DNA from: Vicugna vicugna
Lineage: Eukaryota
Direction: 5' to 3'
Assembly (NCBI GenBank): GCA_013265495.1
Contig: MU057719.1
Coordinates: 312,001 to 376,000, forward strand
DNA: 64,000 nt
Shown in pieces: positions 12,990 through 25,090 of the stretch. The notes beneath the pieces were generated by a model. It made no database searches. It saw nothing but the letters and a program-made list of their open reading frames with translations, and had not been told where the DNA came from. Position numbers and translations under genes: made by a program. Numbering within the stretch: position 1 is the stretch's first letter; each line of letters starts with the position of its first letter.

Positions 12990-13130
12990 CTTGTTCGGGG
13001 GCCCAATCCAGACCGGGGAAATCAAGGAGGGCTGCCTGGCAGAAGTCACATCCCAGCTGAGACCACAAGGATGGAGGAGCTGTGCAGACGGGGAGGAGAA
13101 GGGGAGGAAACAGCAAGCACAGGCAGAAAG
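12990..13130 (-). mobile_element. L2 remnant
   Basis: atcaaggagggctgcctggcagaagtcacatcccagctgagaccacaaggatg...gaaacagcaagcacaggc matches antisense L2. Confidence 0.6.
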
Positions 13131-14443
13131 GGTGGGTCCGGCCCTCGGGGCCGATGGTCGCCGGCGCGGCCGCAGCAGAACGTGGTCAAGGAGTGTCCCG
13201 CACAAGCAGCCTGGACCCTCCCCCAGGGGCGAGCAGCATCCCTCCGTGCCAGACCTGGCGCTGGGCTGTCCCCGCAGCCCACAGCGAGCGGGGCTTTGAG
13301 TCCAGTGCGGCGTGGCCCAGAGAGAAGGGAGGGGAGAGTGGCAGGGAGCAGGCGCTGGGGGAGCAAACGAGTGGATGAAACGCAACCCCGCGTCAGGGCG
13401 GGGCTCCCTCCAGACCCTCCAGTGAGCCGGGCGCGGCCGAGCTGGCAAAGATGCCCGGTGTCTGGAAACCGTGCCCACCTGTCTGCAGCCGTGGGCACTG
13501 AGACTTGCAGGCCCCGCGGGCATGGCCAGCCCGGCTGTGCCAGCTCTCAGCGAGTCGGGGCCAGGACACTCATGCCTGGGGACAAGGCTGGGCCACACCA
13601 AAGCCGAGGTGTCCTGGGGGCCTGCAGCCCGAGGTGGGGTGCTGGGGCCAAGGGGCTTCTGCCCCCATGTCCGCCATCTCCCCTTCCACTGGACCCAGGG
13701 CAAACCCAGCGGGGAGAATTTCCCCAGGCATCTTGACTCCGCGGAGGGGAATGCGGCTTGTAGAATGTCATCTGGAGGGAAGCGGGTTAGGAGGAAGTCG
13801 GGATACACGTGGGCAAGTGCAGCGCTGCCCTGGAGCCCACATCCGCCCGGGGCCTGGAAGTTGGGAGCAGGCGCGGCAGATCCAGGGGTGGGGGGCGTGC
13901 AGCAGGTGGCAGTCCCTGTTCTCCTGCCCAGGAGCCTGGTCCTGTCCAGAGGCGCTTTCTTGGATGTCTACCCTCCTCCTTCTTTGATGGCATCTTGCAT
14001 GGCTGATGATGTGAATGGAGATAATCTGCTGACCAATCCAGAACCATCTAAAGCATCCTCCTCCTCCAAGAAGCCTTCCTGCACTCACCTGGTGCACCCA
14101 GCACACAGGAGCCTCCGCATTCAGCGACACGCAGACAGCTGCCCCTGCCAGCCTCAGGCTTCGCCTCCCACCCCCTCTCCTCTGCTCTGGTCTTTGCCCC
14201 TCAAACGCATTGAGCTTTTGCAGTCACTGCCCCCTCTTCCCCCAGCATGGCCACGGCCTGACTGCAACCCAGCCGCAGGTCCTCCCCTCCCCCACCCTCC
14301 CCTCCGCAACACGTGCTCTCCAGGCGTCCCTGTTTGTCCACTTGCTTGTCTCCCTCACAGCACGGACGCCTCACGAGAACAAGCTCTCTGCTTCCTTCTC
14401 CTGACGCAATTCCACACTCCCCATCTGCACGTGCCAGGCACCC

Positions 14444-14446
<3 letters not shown>

Positions 14447-14478
<32 letters not shown>

Positions 14479-14552
14479 GAGGCACGTGCACGCATGCACA
14501 CACATGCACACTGGCACCCAGGGACACGTGTGCTTGCATGCATGTGCACACG
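14447..14552. repeat. (CA)n microsatellite with a degenerate CA/TG tail
   Basis: (ca)n at about 14447-14474, followed by gcacgtgcacgcatgcacacacatgcac. Confidence 0.9.
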
Positions 14553-16861
14553 CGCGGCCTTGAACCCTGGTCTCACGGTCTGTTCTGGCTCCTGCACTAT
14601 GCATTCCCGCTTCCACTCAAGTGAGTCAGGCTTAGAGACGTTGGGAACCCGCCGAGGGCCACACAGCTGGTGGAGCCGGGGCTAGACCAGGACTGCCCCT
14701 CACCACCAGGCCCCACGGGCCCCGCGGCAAGCAAGCACAGCTCCTGTGGTCGCTGGGTCCTCGCTGGGGCTGCTCCCGGGCGGAGAAGGAAAATTCTTGG
14801 CAGGCCTCTCTCCTCCATACCCTCCCCCCGCAACACAACGCAGACGTTCACCCAGGAGTAAGTAAACTTTACTAAGAGGAACAGAACCTTTAAAAGAAGG
14901 AAACTGAGATACCCAGAGGGGGAACGCCTAATTTCATCCCATTTCGCAACTGAATCGTAAATCGGTGTTGGAACGGAGCTCCCAGGCGGCGTGCTGAGAC
15001 CGCGCAGGTGGGGTCATTGCGGGCTTTCTCCTCCCCCCGCCCCCCCAGATCCCAGACCAGCGCAAACCGGGCTGGGTCCCCTGGGTCTCTCACGGAGCCC
15101 TTGGGCCAAGGCTGAGCTGTGTCACCCCGGGTCACTGAGCCCCGGGGTCTTCAGTGGACAGCTGCCGCGACCCCCCAGGCCTGAGGGGCCAGTGACGGTG
15201 CCACCAGGGCCCAGGCGTGTTACTGACTGAGCTTTCCGCCAGCAGCCAGCCACGTGCCTTAGCTGCCCATCTCTGCCCCCTGAGGCCCACTGAGACCCTT
15301 GGTCTCTTTCCACTCCCATGGCTGGGCCTCACAGCCGAGACGCCCCAAGACTTCTTGGGGGGCACTGCTGTGGCTAACTGACAACATGTGGCCCCAGGAT
15401 GGTTGGTGCTGGCTGCCCAGAATCAAAATCTGTGACATGTAAACTTTGCAAGAAGCAGCGTGAGCTTAGACGACAGTGTTCCCACCTGTTTATTGAACAG
15501 TCCCGAGAGGCCTTCCATGTCCCCGGTCCCTCTCATGTCACATACACCCCAGGAGCGCCCCCCCTCTGCCCACAGGACGGGGCCATGGGTGGAGGGGTGA
15601 GGGGGGCAGGGAGGCAGCCGGGGCCTGAGTGACGCCGGTGCCAGCGGGGCCTGCAGCCTCCTCCCTGTTTATGTCAGCATCTGTGAAAAGCATCCGTCTG
15701 GTTGCTCAGATGTATGCCAAGAGCTGGTAGCAGAGGTCATGACAAGCGGGGCGACCTTGGCCCTCGTCCAGCGGTCCTGACGCCTGGGAGAGAAGTGCTT
15801 ATGTCAGCAGCTCCATTCTGACCCCGTCCTGCGAGGTGGGGGCTTTCTCCATTCGACAGGTGGTGGGGCTGGACCCCCAGACCGCTCCTGCTCATGCTGC
15901 CGGACGGCAGTGAAGCCAGGATTTAGACCCGGATCTGATGCCAAAGCCTTTGCTCCCCTCTCAGCTCCCCACTGACTCCAGACACTGCTCCCGTTTCAGG
16001 CCATGGTCATCTCTGTGCCACACGGAAGGATGGCTGGGGGCCCAGCTAATGAACAAACAAGACTGTTCTTCTGAAAAAGTCCAAAGTCCCCTCTTTCTCT
16101 CCACCCTGTAGTCCTGTCCATGACCTCGGTGACCCAACCTCTCACCTGTTGATGCCACGTTGAGCCTGCATTTGACCTGTGGCCCTGACAACATGTGAGA
16201 GCCTGAAAGATGGCCAGCCTGGGGGTCTTCTGTGAAGGCAGACCGACAGCTCAGACCTGGAAGGAGGCCCCAGGCCGCCCTGCCTGCCCCAGGCCGACTC
16301 CCACACCAGCTGAACCTTCCTGCAGGTCCTCCTCCACCTGGGTGCCCAGCTCTGGATTCTCCACTTCCTGAATGCAACCCCTCTTCTGACGTTCCAGAAG
16401 GTTCTACTGACGAGAGCATGGAGGCTTCTCTAATTACTAATGGGCAAGTGCCCCCAGGGAAGCCCCCAGCCCCCAGGTCCTGAAACCTGAGGGATTCAAC
16501 CCCCTTCTCCAAGCTTCTGGTCAGACTATGGGCTGTGCAGGTGAGGGGGGGTCGGGGGGGGGCGTTCTCCCTTCACCGAACTACTCAGGGAAGAATTCCC
16601 ACCCCCTTCTCACCTGAGCAGAGGGTGCCTCCTCCTGCAGCGAGGAAACCTGGGCTTGGCGAGCACCACCCGCAGCGGGAGCCGGAGACTCGGCCCCACT
16701 CAAGGTGAGAGGACGACTCCTAACAGACCGGCGGCAGAGGTGGCGCAGTAGGCAGGTTTTCAGGGCTCCCCGTGAAAGCCTGCAAGGTCTGCAATTTCTG
16801 ATTTGAACTGAAATGGTGGGTAGAAAGGACCTACCCTCCACACACACATATCAGTGGATGG

Positions 16862-17170
16862 AGCCAGCCAGCCACCCACCCATCCACCCACCAACCTTGC
16901 TGCCCCACATACCTGTCCAACATTTTCCATTCATTTATCCATCTGTTCACCCTACCACCTACCCATCTCCACAAATTCATCCATCCAGCCACCCACCCTA
17001 CTGCCCAATCATCCATCCATCCACCCACCCACCCGCTTATTCAGCACTCACTCAGCTCCCACGACCTCTCTTACTGTCCACCGTCTCAGAGGGTGCAGAC
17101 GCACCAACCTGGTGGCGCTCCTGAGGAAGACAGACACAAAAGCAGATGTTTATAAACCACATCGGGGTGC
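16862..17170 (-). repeat. (CCAT/CCAC)n simple repeat grown from an antisense L2 tail, followed by an L2 remnant
   Basis: ccatccacccacc units at 16862-17035, then ttcagcactcac...gaggaagacagacacaaaagcagatg, which is L2-like. Confidence 0.65.
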
Positions 17171-20100
17171 AGGCACCCCTCCCCGGGGGAAGGACCTTAA
17201 CCACAGGACCACGGGCCGAGGCTGTGCAGCACACTGTCCCTGCTCCATCTTGGGGGTCCCTGCTGAGCCCTCCCCAGCTATCCCACTGCCTCCTACCCCC
17301 TGACTTGTGCATGTTCCAGACGTAACGTCCTCCACCTTGTCTGAATACCCAAACCCTGCCTGTGGGCAAGGCACACCTTGAAGCCGTGCCCTCCTGTGTG
17401 GCCCTGTTGGAGCACCTACCGCACTGCATCCAAACAGCCCGCTGTGTTTGCGCCCCCACTACTGGGGCTCCCCGGAGGGCAGAGACCCAGCTCTGCTCTG
17501 GCAGCACCCGGTGTGGAGCTGATGTGAGAGCTGACGCTTTTGAGAAGAGTCTGTGTAAGGAAGACATGGGGGAAGGGGAGGGGGAGGGACGAATGGCCAG
17601 AGCCCCCTTTCGTGATCCCCCCACTGGAGTCTTCAGCCCACTTGTCCTTCTGGATCTGGGGGCTGCCTTCCCACCCCTCCGTGGACCCACACATGGGACC
17701 TGACATCTGCCTGTGGACTGTTCTCCTAGGCCCCAGGAAAGACGCCCCCATCCCAGCCCCAGGCTCCGAAGGACCCGTGTCTTCCTATTCACCTCCCCCC
17801 AGGCCAGTCCCAGGGCGTGGGACTCCCTCTTCCCGAGGAGGGGCCTTGCCAGGCTGGGTCCTGGGAAACCAAGGAACCTTTGGAAAGGCCCTGGCCCAAC
17901 CCTGGGCAGCCAGCCCCCCTCCCCAGCCCAGCAGGGCATCTGGGAGTCTCTTCGAGGGACTGGCCCGTTTCGGAGGCCCACTGAGCCCCCGGGAGACAGG
18001 GCTGCCACGCTAGCGTCTTCCCACAATGGTCGGTTGGAGCACCCGTCTGTCAGAGAACGCTAAAGCCAAGACCAAGGGCCACGGCCTTGACCGCCAGCCC
18101 TGGACTCCAGAGACCACGTTTCGCAGGACACACACACCACTTAATATTTAACTCCCTGCAAGCTTTCGGGCCGCTAATGACATGACATTAACTTCGTGCA
18201 AATAAGAAGGTTCAGAGGCACCGACCTGCAATCCGTGGAGCATTGGCCAGGCCGCCGCACCCGCTCTGCCCACGAGGGCCCCAGCTGGCCGTCGGGGGCT
18301 GAGGGCCAGGGACGGGGCTGTGGGGGAGGGGTTGCGGGGGCGCAGGGCTCTGTTCCAACGCCCTCTTTTCGGTTGTTTCTAGACTCTGCTCGAAGGGTGG
18401 CTCCCCCAGGAAGCCCCCAGTCTCCCTGCCCCTCCCCACAGCCACGCTAGCCTCTGGGTACTTTCCTGTCTCCTCCACGCTCCTACAGGGCAGGGTAATG
18501 AACCAGCCACTCTGCCTTGGCCGGTCCCCGCTTAAAGCAGACTGGAGACCAGGCTGCAGCTGCGGGCAGGGATGCCGGGAAGCACGGTGGGGAGCGGGAA
18601 GAGAGGGGAAGGTGGGAGAACAAGGAAGCTGCTTTCTCGATGGGCTTCGGCAGCTGGCAGGGGGCTCAGGCCCCGGGGGCCCTGTGAGACTATGGAACAC
18701 ATTCCAGAATGTCCCTGTCTAGGGGGGCACCTTACTGACCCGCATCCTGCTTTAGGGTCGTTTGCGGGAACTTAACTCCCCAGCACCTGTCGCAGACCTT
18801 GCCTGCCACCAAAAAAAAACGCAGAACGTCAGCAGGGGACACGGGACAGCCCCCAAGTGCCATTCGCTGCGGACCCTCGGGCTGGGCCTGCGCAGGCACG
18901 CCCTCGCTCTCCTCGGCTCCTGGGTCGGTCCTGCTAGTGTGGGGTGGCTTGGCTAGGAAAGCTCACCATCCCCACTTTCGAGATTAGGAGACTGAGGCCA
19001 GGTGGGGCATGTGGCCCAACCAGCGGGCAGCAGAGCCAGATACATTCTGACCACCGGCCGCACGACTCGCTCTGAACTTGCAGCCGTGGTCCGTGAGCCT
19101 CCAGCCGCACACGCTCGGCTGCTGCAGGCCTCAGAGCTCGGGGTAGGGGAAGCAACCAGAGGAGGCGGCCTCCCCCAAGGTGAGTCCAAGGAGGCCACTG
19201 GAGACCAGGCAGGGCCGGCTCTGCCTCGCCGCTGTGGGCCCTGAGCCAACGTGGAGCCCCCACCCCCCGCCATAAGGGGGCGAGGGTGTGGGGCTGTCAC
19301 AGAGCTGCAGGGAGGCTCAGAGCGCTCCTGAGGACAGCCAGGCCGCCCCGGGCCTCTAGAGAGTCCTCATCAGACAGACAGCTGGGTCCTCCTCCTCAAG
19401 GAAGCACCTCTGCTGACCTGAGGGAAGACTCTCAACGTCGCTGACAGTGAACCTGAGCCCAGAGCCCGGCCTCGACCCAGGCTCCATCCTCTCTCTCTCC
19501 CTTCCCGCCAGGCCTCTGGGCTCGGCTGACGGAGCCCCGGAAGGAACCCTGCAAAGCCGCTTCCCTTGTTGGCCCCTTTGCTGTGCTGCTCCGGGGGCCC
19601 AGCGTGCAGAGGGTGCCAACGAGCCCCTTCCTCCCTCTCCCGGCTCCCAGCCTGGTCCCCGGCCCTGGGAGTCACCTCTGGGGCGACGCTCTCCTCCCAG
19701 CCTCCCAGCCCCCCCATGCTGCCTGGCCCTGCACTTCCAAACCCCCCAGAAATAGGTCGGCCGGCAGCTGAGGGGCGCGTGGGTGTGCAGAAGCAGGGTG
19801 CAGAGGTGTAGACCCAGCCCTCAAATTCAGAGTCGTGATCCACTGGGCTGCTGGGGTGGGGGCATTTCATGCGGGAAGCTTGACATCAGCCCGTCCGGCT
19901 TTCCCGAGCACCTGCGGACCAGAGGAGGCCCACGGAGGGGAAGACGCCATGTGCCCATGGCCCGGGAGCGGGCGGCGCAGGCGTGGACCCCACCCTGATT
20001 CCAACAGGGCTTTGAGATTACCCCGACCTCTTGCAGGAAGGAGTGCTCAGGGGGGCACAACGGGGAAGACACAAAAGATGTGTGTTGTGGGGGGGCTGCG

Positions 20101-20539
20101 TCAGAAGAGTGAACGACCCAGATGTTGCTGTCATACCCAGAAAAGACACCCAGATGACCTGGGAAATGACAGAGGACTGCCTGGAGGTGGCTGTGACTAA
20201 ACCAGGACCGCATTCAGCCAGGGAGAAGCGTTTCAGGCAGAGGGCACAGAGTGCACAATGGTAGAAGCAGGTGGCTGGAGCGTGGAGCAGGGTGTGTGGG
20301 GGGGGTGGTCAGGAGTCGAGTTTGGAAAGGAGGGTGAGGGGCTGGAATTCCTCCTGCCCTTGGGATCCTCCTGTGCCATGGACCCTGCACCCCACGGCCC
20401 CACCCTGCCGATCCCTGGCTCAGGGGAAAGCAGACCGTGACCACGGCCCAATCCTCCTCCCCCCACGCAGGCTCCAGCCCCACTGAACTGGTGTTAGCAG
20501 TCCACACTCACCCACCAGATCCTGCCTGCCCGGAGCTGG

Positions 20540-20838
20540 GTTGCTTACACCCACACCTGGTGAATACACCCTCCTCACTTTCCAGGTGTCGACTCACCTG
20601 TCACTGTCTGGGAGACGCTTCCTGGTCCCATTCTGGGACAGGTGGCCCCACTCCGAGTTCCTGCAGCTCCCGGTACTGCCCCCACCCCTAGGCTCCCCCC
20701 GACTTACTTTCCCTTCCACCAAACTGTGGGTGCCACAGGGTAAGACCCTCTTCCATCTTGTTCGCCCCTCTGTCCTTGATGCCGACGGACAGCCTGGCGC
20801 ACAGTAGGTGCCCAGTAAAAATACGTTGAAAGAAATCA
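20540..20838 (+). mobile_element. L2 3' end remnant
   Basis: aaactgtgggtgccacagggtaagacc...cagcctggcgcacagtaggtgcccagtaaaaatacgttgaaagaaat matches the L2 terminus. Confidence 0.8.
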
Positions 20839-20894
20839 TGGACAAATGCCAACAGATAGAAGCTTCAAGGAGGCAGGTTTTTAATTCAGTCCTT

Positions 20895-20960
20895 CGCTGT
20901 AGGGAGTGAGTTCCCCATCATGGAAGGTATCCAAGCAGAATCTGGGTGGCGTTTTGCAGG
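20895..20960 (+). mobile_element. L3/CR1 3' remnant
   Basis: gtgagttccccatcatggaaggtatccaagcagaatctgg resembles the CR1/L3 motif gtgagctccccatcactggaggtgttcaagcagaggctgg. Confidence 0.6.
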
Positions 20961-22214
20961 TGATGGACGAAGCCATCCATGTCTCACCCACAGGGATGGG
21001 CTCAGGCCCAGGGGAGGCTCTGCACTGGAGGAGGGTCTGTGCAGCCGGAGGCAGCCCCAGGAGAGGCGGGTGGCTGTCCCTTTGCAGGAAGTGGGGCCGG
21101 GATAGGGGCTCAGGAGCATCCCATGTGGAGGGAGACTCCGTATTGGGCTCAGCCCTGCGGAAGGAAATCTCGATGACCCCTCTCAGCTCTGGCAAAGTAG
21201 GCGCGCTGTGAGCGGACCCTCAGCTCTGCTTCTAAATCGCTGCCATTTCTCTGAAATGCCTGCGCTCCTGCTTAGGCCTCCACTTCCAGTGACATACTCT
21301 GGGGTCCAAAGAGAGTCACTTGCCAAGCACCTGCCCGCCTTCCAGCGGGGCAGGCCACTTGAGGGCCTCTTGGTCCCCTGATGGCAGCCCCTTGGTGGTG
21401 GGGGTGAGGAGCTGCAGTGGGGTCCAGGGCCGAGCCCCACCCCTGCTCCCGGGATGGGAGGGTTTCACACAGAGCTGGTGCTGAAGCCGGTCCTGTGTCC
21501 TGCAGTGCGGGGGTGGGGGAAGGCCGTTCGGGGTGTCCTGTCCCCCTAGGCAGCCATGGGACAATGCTGGGGAGCCCCTCCCGCCCAGCCCTGCCAGCAC
21601 TCCGAAGCTTCTTCCAGTCTCCTCTCAGCCACAGCTGACTGGCCCTTGTCAGCACCCGCTCAGGGAAAGGGCTGGAGCTGGCCCGCTGAGTCCCCCCCAC
21701 GCGGGGTTAACCGGTCCCTGCGGCAACCCTGGGAGGAAGAGGGGCCGGGAGGTGGTGTCGCCCGGGCAGAGCGCCCCGCCGGCTCTGCTCCTGCCGCGTG
21801 GGTGGGGATCGTGGCAGCGGGATTAAACCAGGCTGAGCCGGGGTCCCTGAGCCAGCAGACGAGGCCTCAGCAGCTCCCGCTCCCAGGCTCACTTTCCGCA
21901 CTTGGCGGACGCTCACAGGGCAGGGCTGCTCTCTCCGCTCGCGTCTGTGCCCTCGACGGGCCGGCGCACAGTGGATGCTTTGCCGAAGGTGCGGATGAGC
22001 CCTGCCCGCCTGCCTGTGCCTGCCTGCACCTGCCCTGTGTGGGACGCGCCCGGGGCTGTCCCCACAGTCCCACCCCCGCCAGCCAGGGCTGCCTGGCCTT
22101 CAAATGCTGCCTCCGACTCCTGGACTCGGGGACAACACAGTGCTTTCCCGAAGAACCAGAACAACATGCATTAAAACCCCAGTCCTGACATTTCACTGGG
22201 AGGCGCCCCGGGAC

Positions 22215-22345
22215 GGGCAGCTTAGCCTCTCTGAGCTTCAGTATTCCTGGTCTGTAAATTGAAGATGATGACAGTGCCAGTTTGCTGTGAGACGCGTGCG
22301 AGAGCACGCAGTGAGCCGCCCAGTATACAAAGTTGCTATTAGCAG
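22215..22345 (+). mobile_element. MIR SINE remnant
   Basis: ttagcctctctgagcttcagtattcctggtctgtaaattgaagatgatgacagt...tgctgtgaga matches MIR. Confidence 0.7.
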
Positions 22346-24869
22346 TGTCCTTTCGAGTTTTCTGTTTTTCACTGTGTATTCCTCCCGCCGCCTGGTCGAG
22401 CCCACGGGATTCCCGGAGGCAAGATCCGGGCCTTCTGTGCCCCGTGGTTCAGCCTGTGTCCCTCGCGGAGGGCAGACGGACGTTCAGGGACAGAAAGTAA
22501 ACTCACGGGGTAAGTTCCATCACCTTTGGTCCATTGGCCCAACACTGTCTCCTCTCCCTGCCCCCGTCCTCAGTCTGTTTGCCCACGTCCAGCAGGTAAA
22601 CATGGCCCCAGCAGGTTGGCTCCCCTAGAGGCAGTGGGGGCAGCGGGGGCACCAGGGGACAGCCAGGAGAAGCTGGGGACAGGGTTGGGACGAGCCCGGG
22701 AGTCAGGGCCTGTGGGGAAGAGAGCCAGCTGCAGGAAAGGGCCCAGCCCCACTCCAGGGTCACAGACCAACAAGAACCCAGTCCAGCCAGCCACAGGCCT
22801 GCCTGGAGACCCCCAACCCTGCTCTCAGCCTACAGCCCTTACACCCCTAGTCCCAGGGCCCCTCCTCCCTCTGTGGGACCACTCTCTGTCCAAGTTCATG
22901 TGGGATTCCACAGCCAGAAAGTGAAGGTGTCTGCTCAGCTGACTCCATGCCTCACGGAAGTCTCTTGGCCTCCGTTGAGAGATCGTAGAAGAAAAAGCCT
23001 ATTGAAGGCATGGCCCACCCCTTCCTCTTTCATAAGGAAACATCTGATCAACCAATGCTGGGCTCTGGCCCCAGGAAAGTTAGTCCTCCTGGTGACTGCT
23101 TCCTCCCACTGGCCAGAATACACACCTGTTGTGCTTTCCTTGCTGTGGCTGCCAGGAAGCTCAGGAACACATTACATGACTCTCTCTGTCTCCTGAGACA
23201 CTCTTCTCTTTCCTCTTCTCTCTAGCTGATTCCTGAGCTCTTCCTTCAATTTCCATATTTAAGTTCTGTGTTTCAGTATGGATTTTTTCCAGAAGATTCG
23301 CAACTAATAGTCAGAAAATGTCTAATTGTGTATATACCCAGCCTCTTACCATTGTATAATAAATAATGTCTACTTGGATCCTCAAAGCACTGGCACACAC
23401 ATGCATGCCACATGACACAATCTTCAGGGCCCTCCCCTCAGCCCTCTCCTGGATGCGGTGCACCTCTAGAGGCATGAATGTGACACTCACTCCCCCAGGA
23501 GGCCGGCCATCCTTTCAACACACACCACGTCCCTGGGCACACTGCTGGGGAATGGGGTGTGGGAGGGGACTTGGCAGGCAGAGGCTCCAGGCCTGGATCC
23601 TGTTTTGCCCCCATAAAAGTGAAGCCTTGGGGGGCTCCCTCTGGGCCCCCAGTTACATACCTGGAACAAGGGAGTTAGTGACTGATCCTCTCGGAGGGGA
23701 GGGAGGACTGACTGCAGCAACACACGCCCAGGCACCAATAGCAGAGTCTGGCAGCCGGGGCACCCCCTTCCTGACTCTGGGCTCCCACCCTGTAGACCGA
23801 CCGAAGATTTGGCAGGCCCAAGAGAGAACCCCACAAAGAGCTGGCCCGAGCCAGGGCCACCCCATTCTGGGTGCTGCTGGGAGCCACGCGGGCCATTTCC
23901 TGTACGATGCCCTCCCTCTGTCTCCCATCCAGACTCGGGGCACCCCAAGGGCAGGGGCCTGCCCTTCACCCCACGGGCAGGCAGAAGCCAAAGTCAGGAG
24001 CCCCGGGCCTGTGGAAATGCCCAGACCCCTCCCCTCCTCAGCGTCCCGTCCTGAGCCGCTGAGGTCGTGGATGCCCCTTCCAGACCTGTGTGCCCAGTGA
24101 GTCCAGTCACAGGGGGACCGTGATGGGGAAACCAGAGCTGGGACAGGCCAAAGAGGCAGGACCGCAGTGCCCCCGGCACAGGGTCCCTGGGCCCCGCGTG
24201 AAGCTCCCGCCCGCACGCTCTGCGGGACAGCCAGCTCCACGCCGCCCGGCAAAGCCGCCTCGGCCGGTGCCTGGAAACAACCCTCCCCAGCCCAAGTGCG
24301 ACATGCGATGGAGGGAGGGCAGTCAGTATTAATACCAGTTACTGCTGTTGATTCCAGCTTTAAGGAATCGATTCCAGTCTGGGCCCCTTTCATGAGACCC
24401 AGCAGAGACACGTGGGTGCGGCTGCTCCGCTCTTGCTGGAAAGGCCCCTCACCTGGCTGGACCTGCGGAAACCACCCGGGGGCGTGAGGATGCTGGAGAG
24501 TGAGCGGAGGAGGACGGCGCTGGGGCGGGACCCAGGGAGGAACTCTCCCCATGCTCTGTCCTTCACAGGGAGCTGACACCAGGCTGGGTGGACCTCACTC
24601 ACCCAGGGACCACGGATCCTAACTCACATCACAGAGCTGCTCTTTCTCCACACCCCCTACCCTCAGCCCCAGGGCCCTGCAGGATAAGCCTGCCTCCTGC
24701 TGCGTTCTCCCGAGCCCGAGCCCCGTCCCCTGCCCACGCAGACCCCTGGCTCCCCCATCCCGCTCCTGCTGGAATGCCCAGGGTCGGCTGGGGCCCTGCT
24801 CTGGGCTCCTACCCACCGCAGCCCTGTCGGTGCCCACTGATGGGGCAGGCATAGAAGCCTGGGCCTCAC

Positions 24870-25090
24870 TCTGAGTTACCTGCAGGGACGCACTGCAAGC
24901 CTGGCTCCCACACACACACAGGTTTGTTGAATGAATGAATGCCCACAAGCGTTTTGAGCACCTACCACAAGCCTAGTCATAGGATCCTAGAGTGTCAGTT
25001 AGAGACGCTTTCATTTGCCCTTGGACAGATGGGGAAACTGAGGCCCAGGAAAGGAAGAAAGGGAAGTGACTTTCCCAGAATCACTCGCTC
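24870..25090. mobile_element. L2 tail followed by a MIR remnant
   Basis: gtttgttgaatgaatgaatg (L2 end), then acagatggggaaactgaggcccagg...gtgactttcccagaatcac (reverse MIR core). Confidence 0.7.

Noticed and set aside
13471..14685. 404-aa ORF, the longest in the track
   Set aside because: Pro/Gly/Ala/Ser-rich, runs through a (CA)n repeat, has no recognisable domain; expected from stop-codon depletion at high GC.
14840..14865. Possible micro-exon (cag ACGTTCACCCAGGA gtaagt)
   Set aside because: Poor pyrimidine tract, 14-nt length is not frame-preserving, and no supporting gene context.
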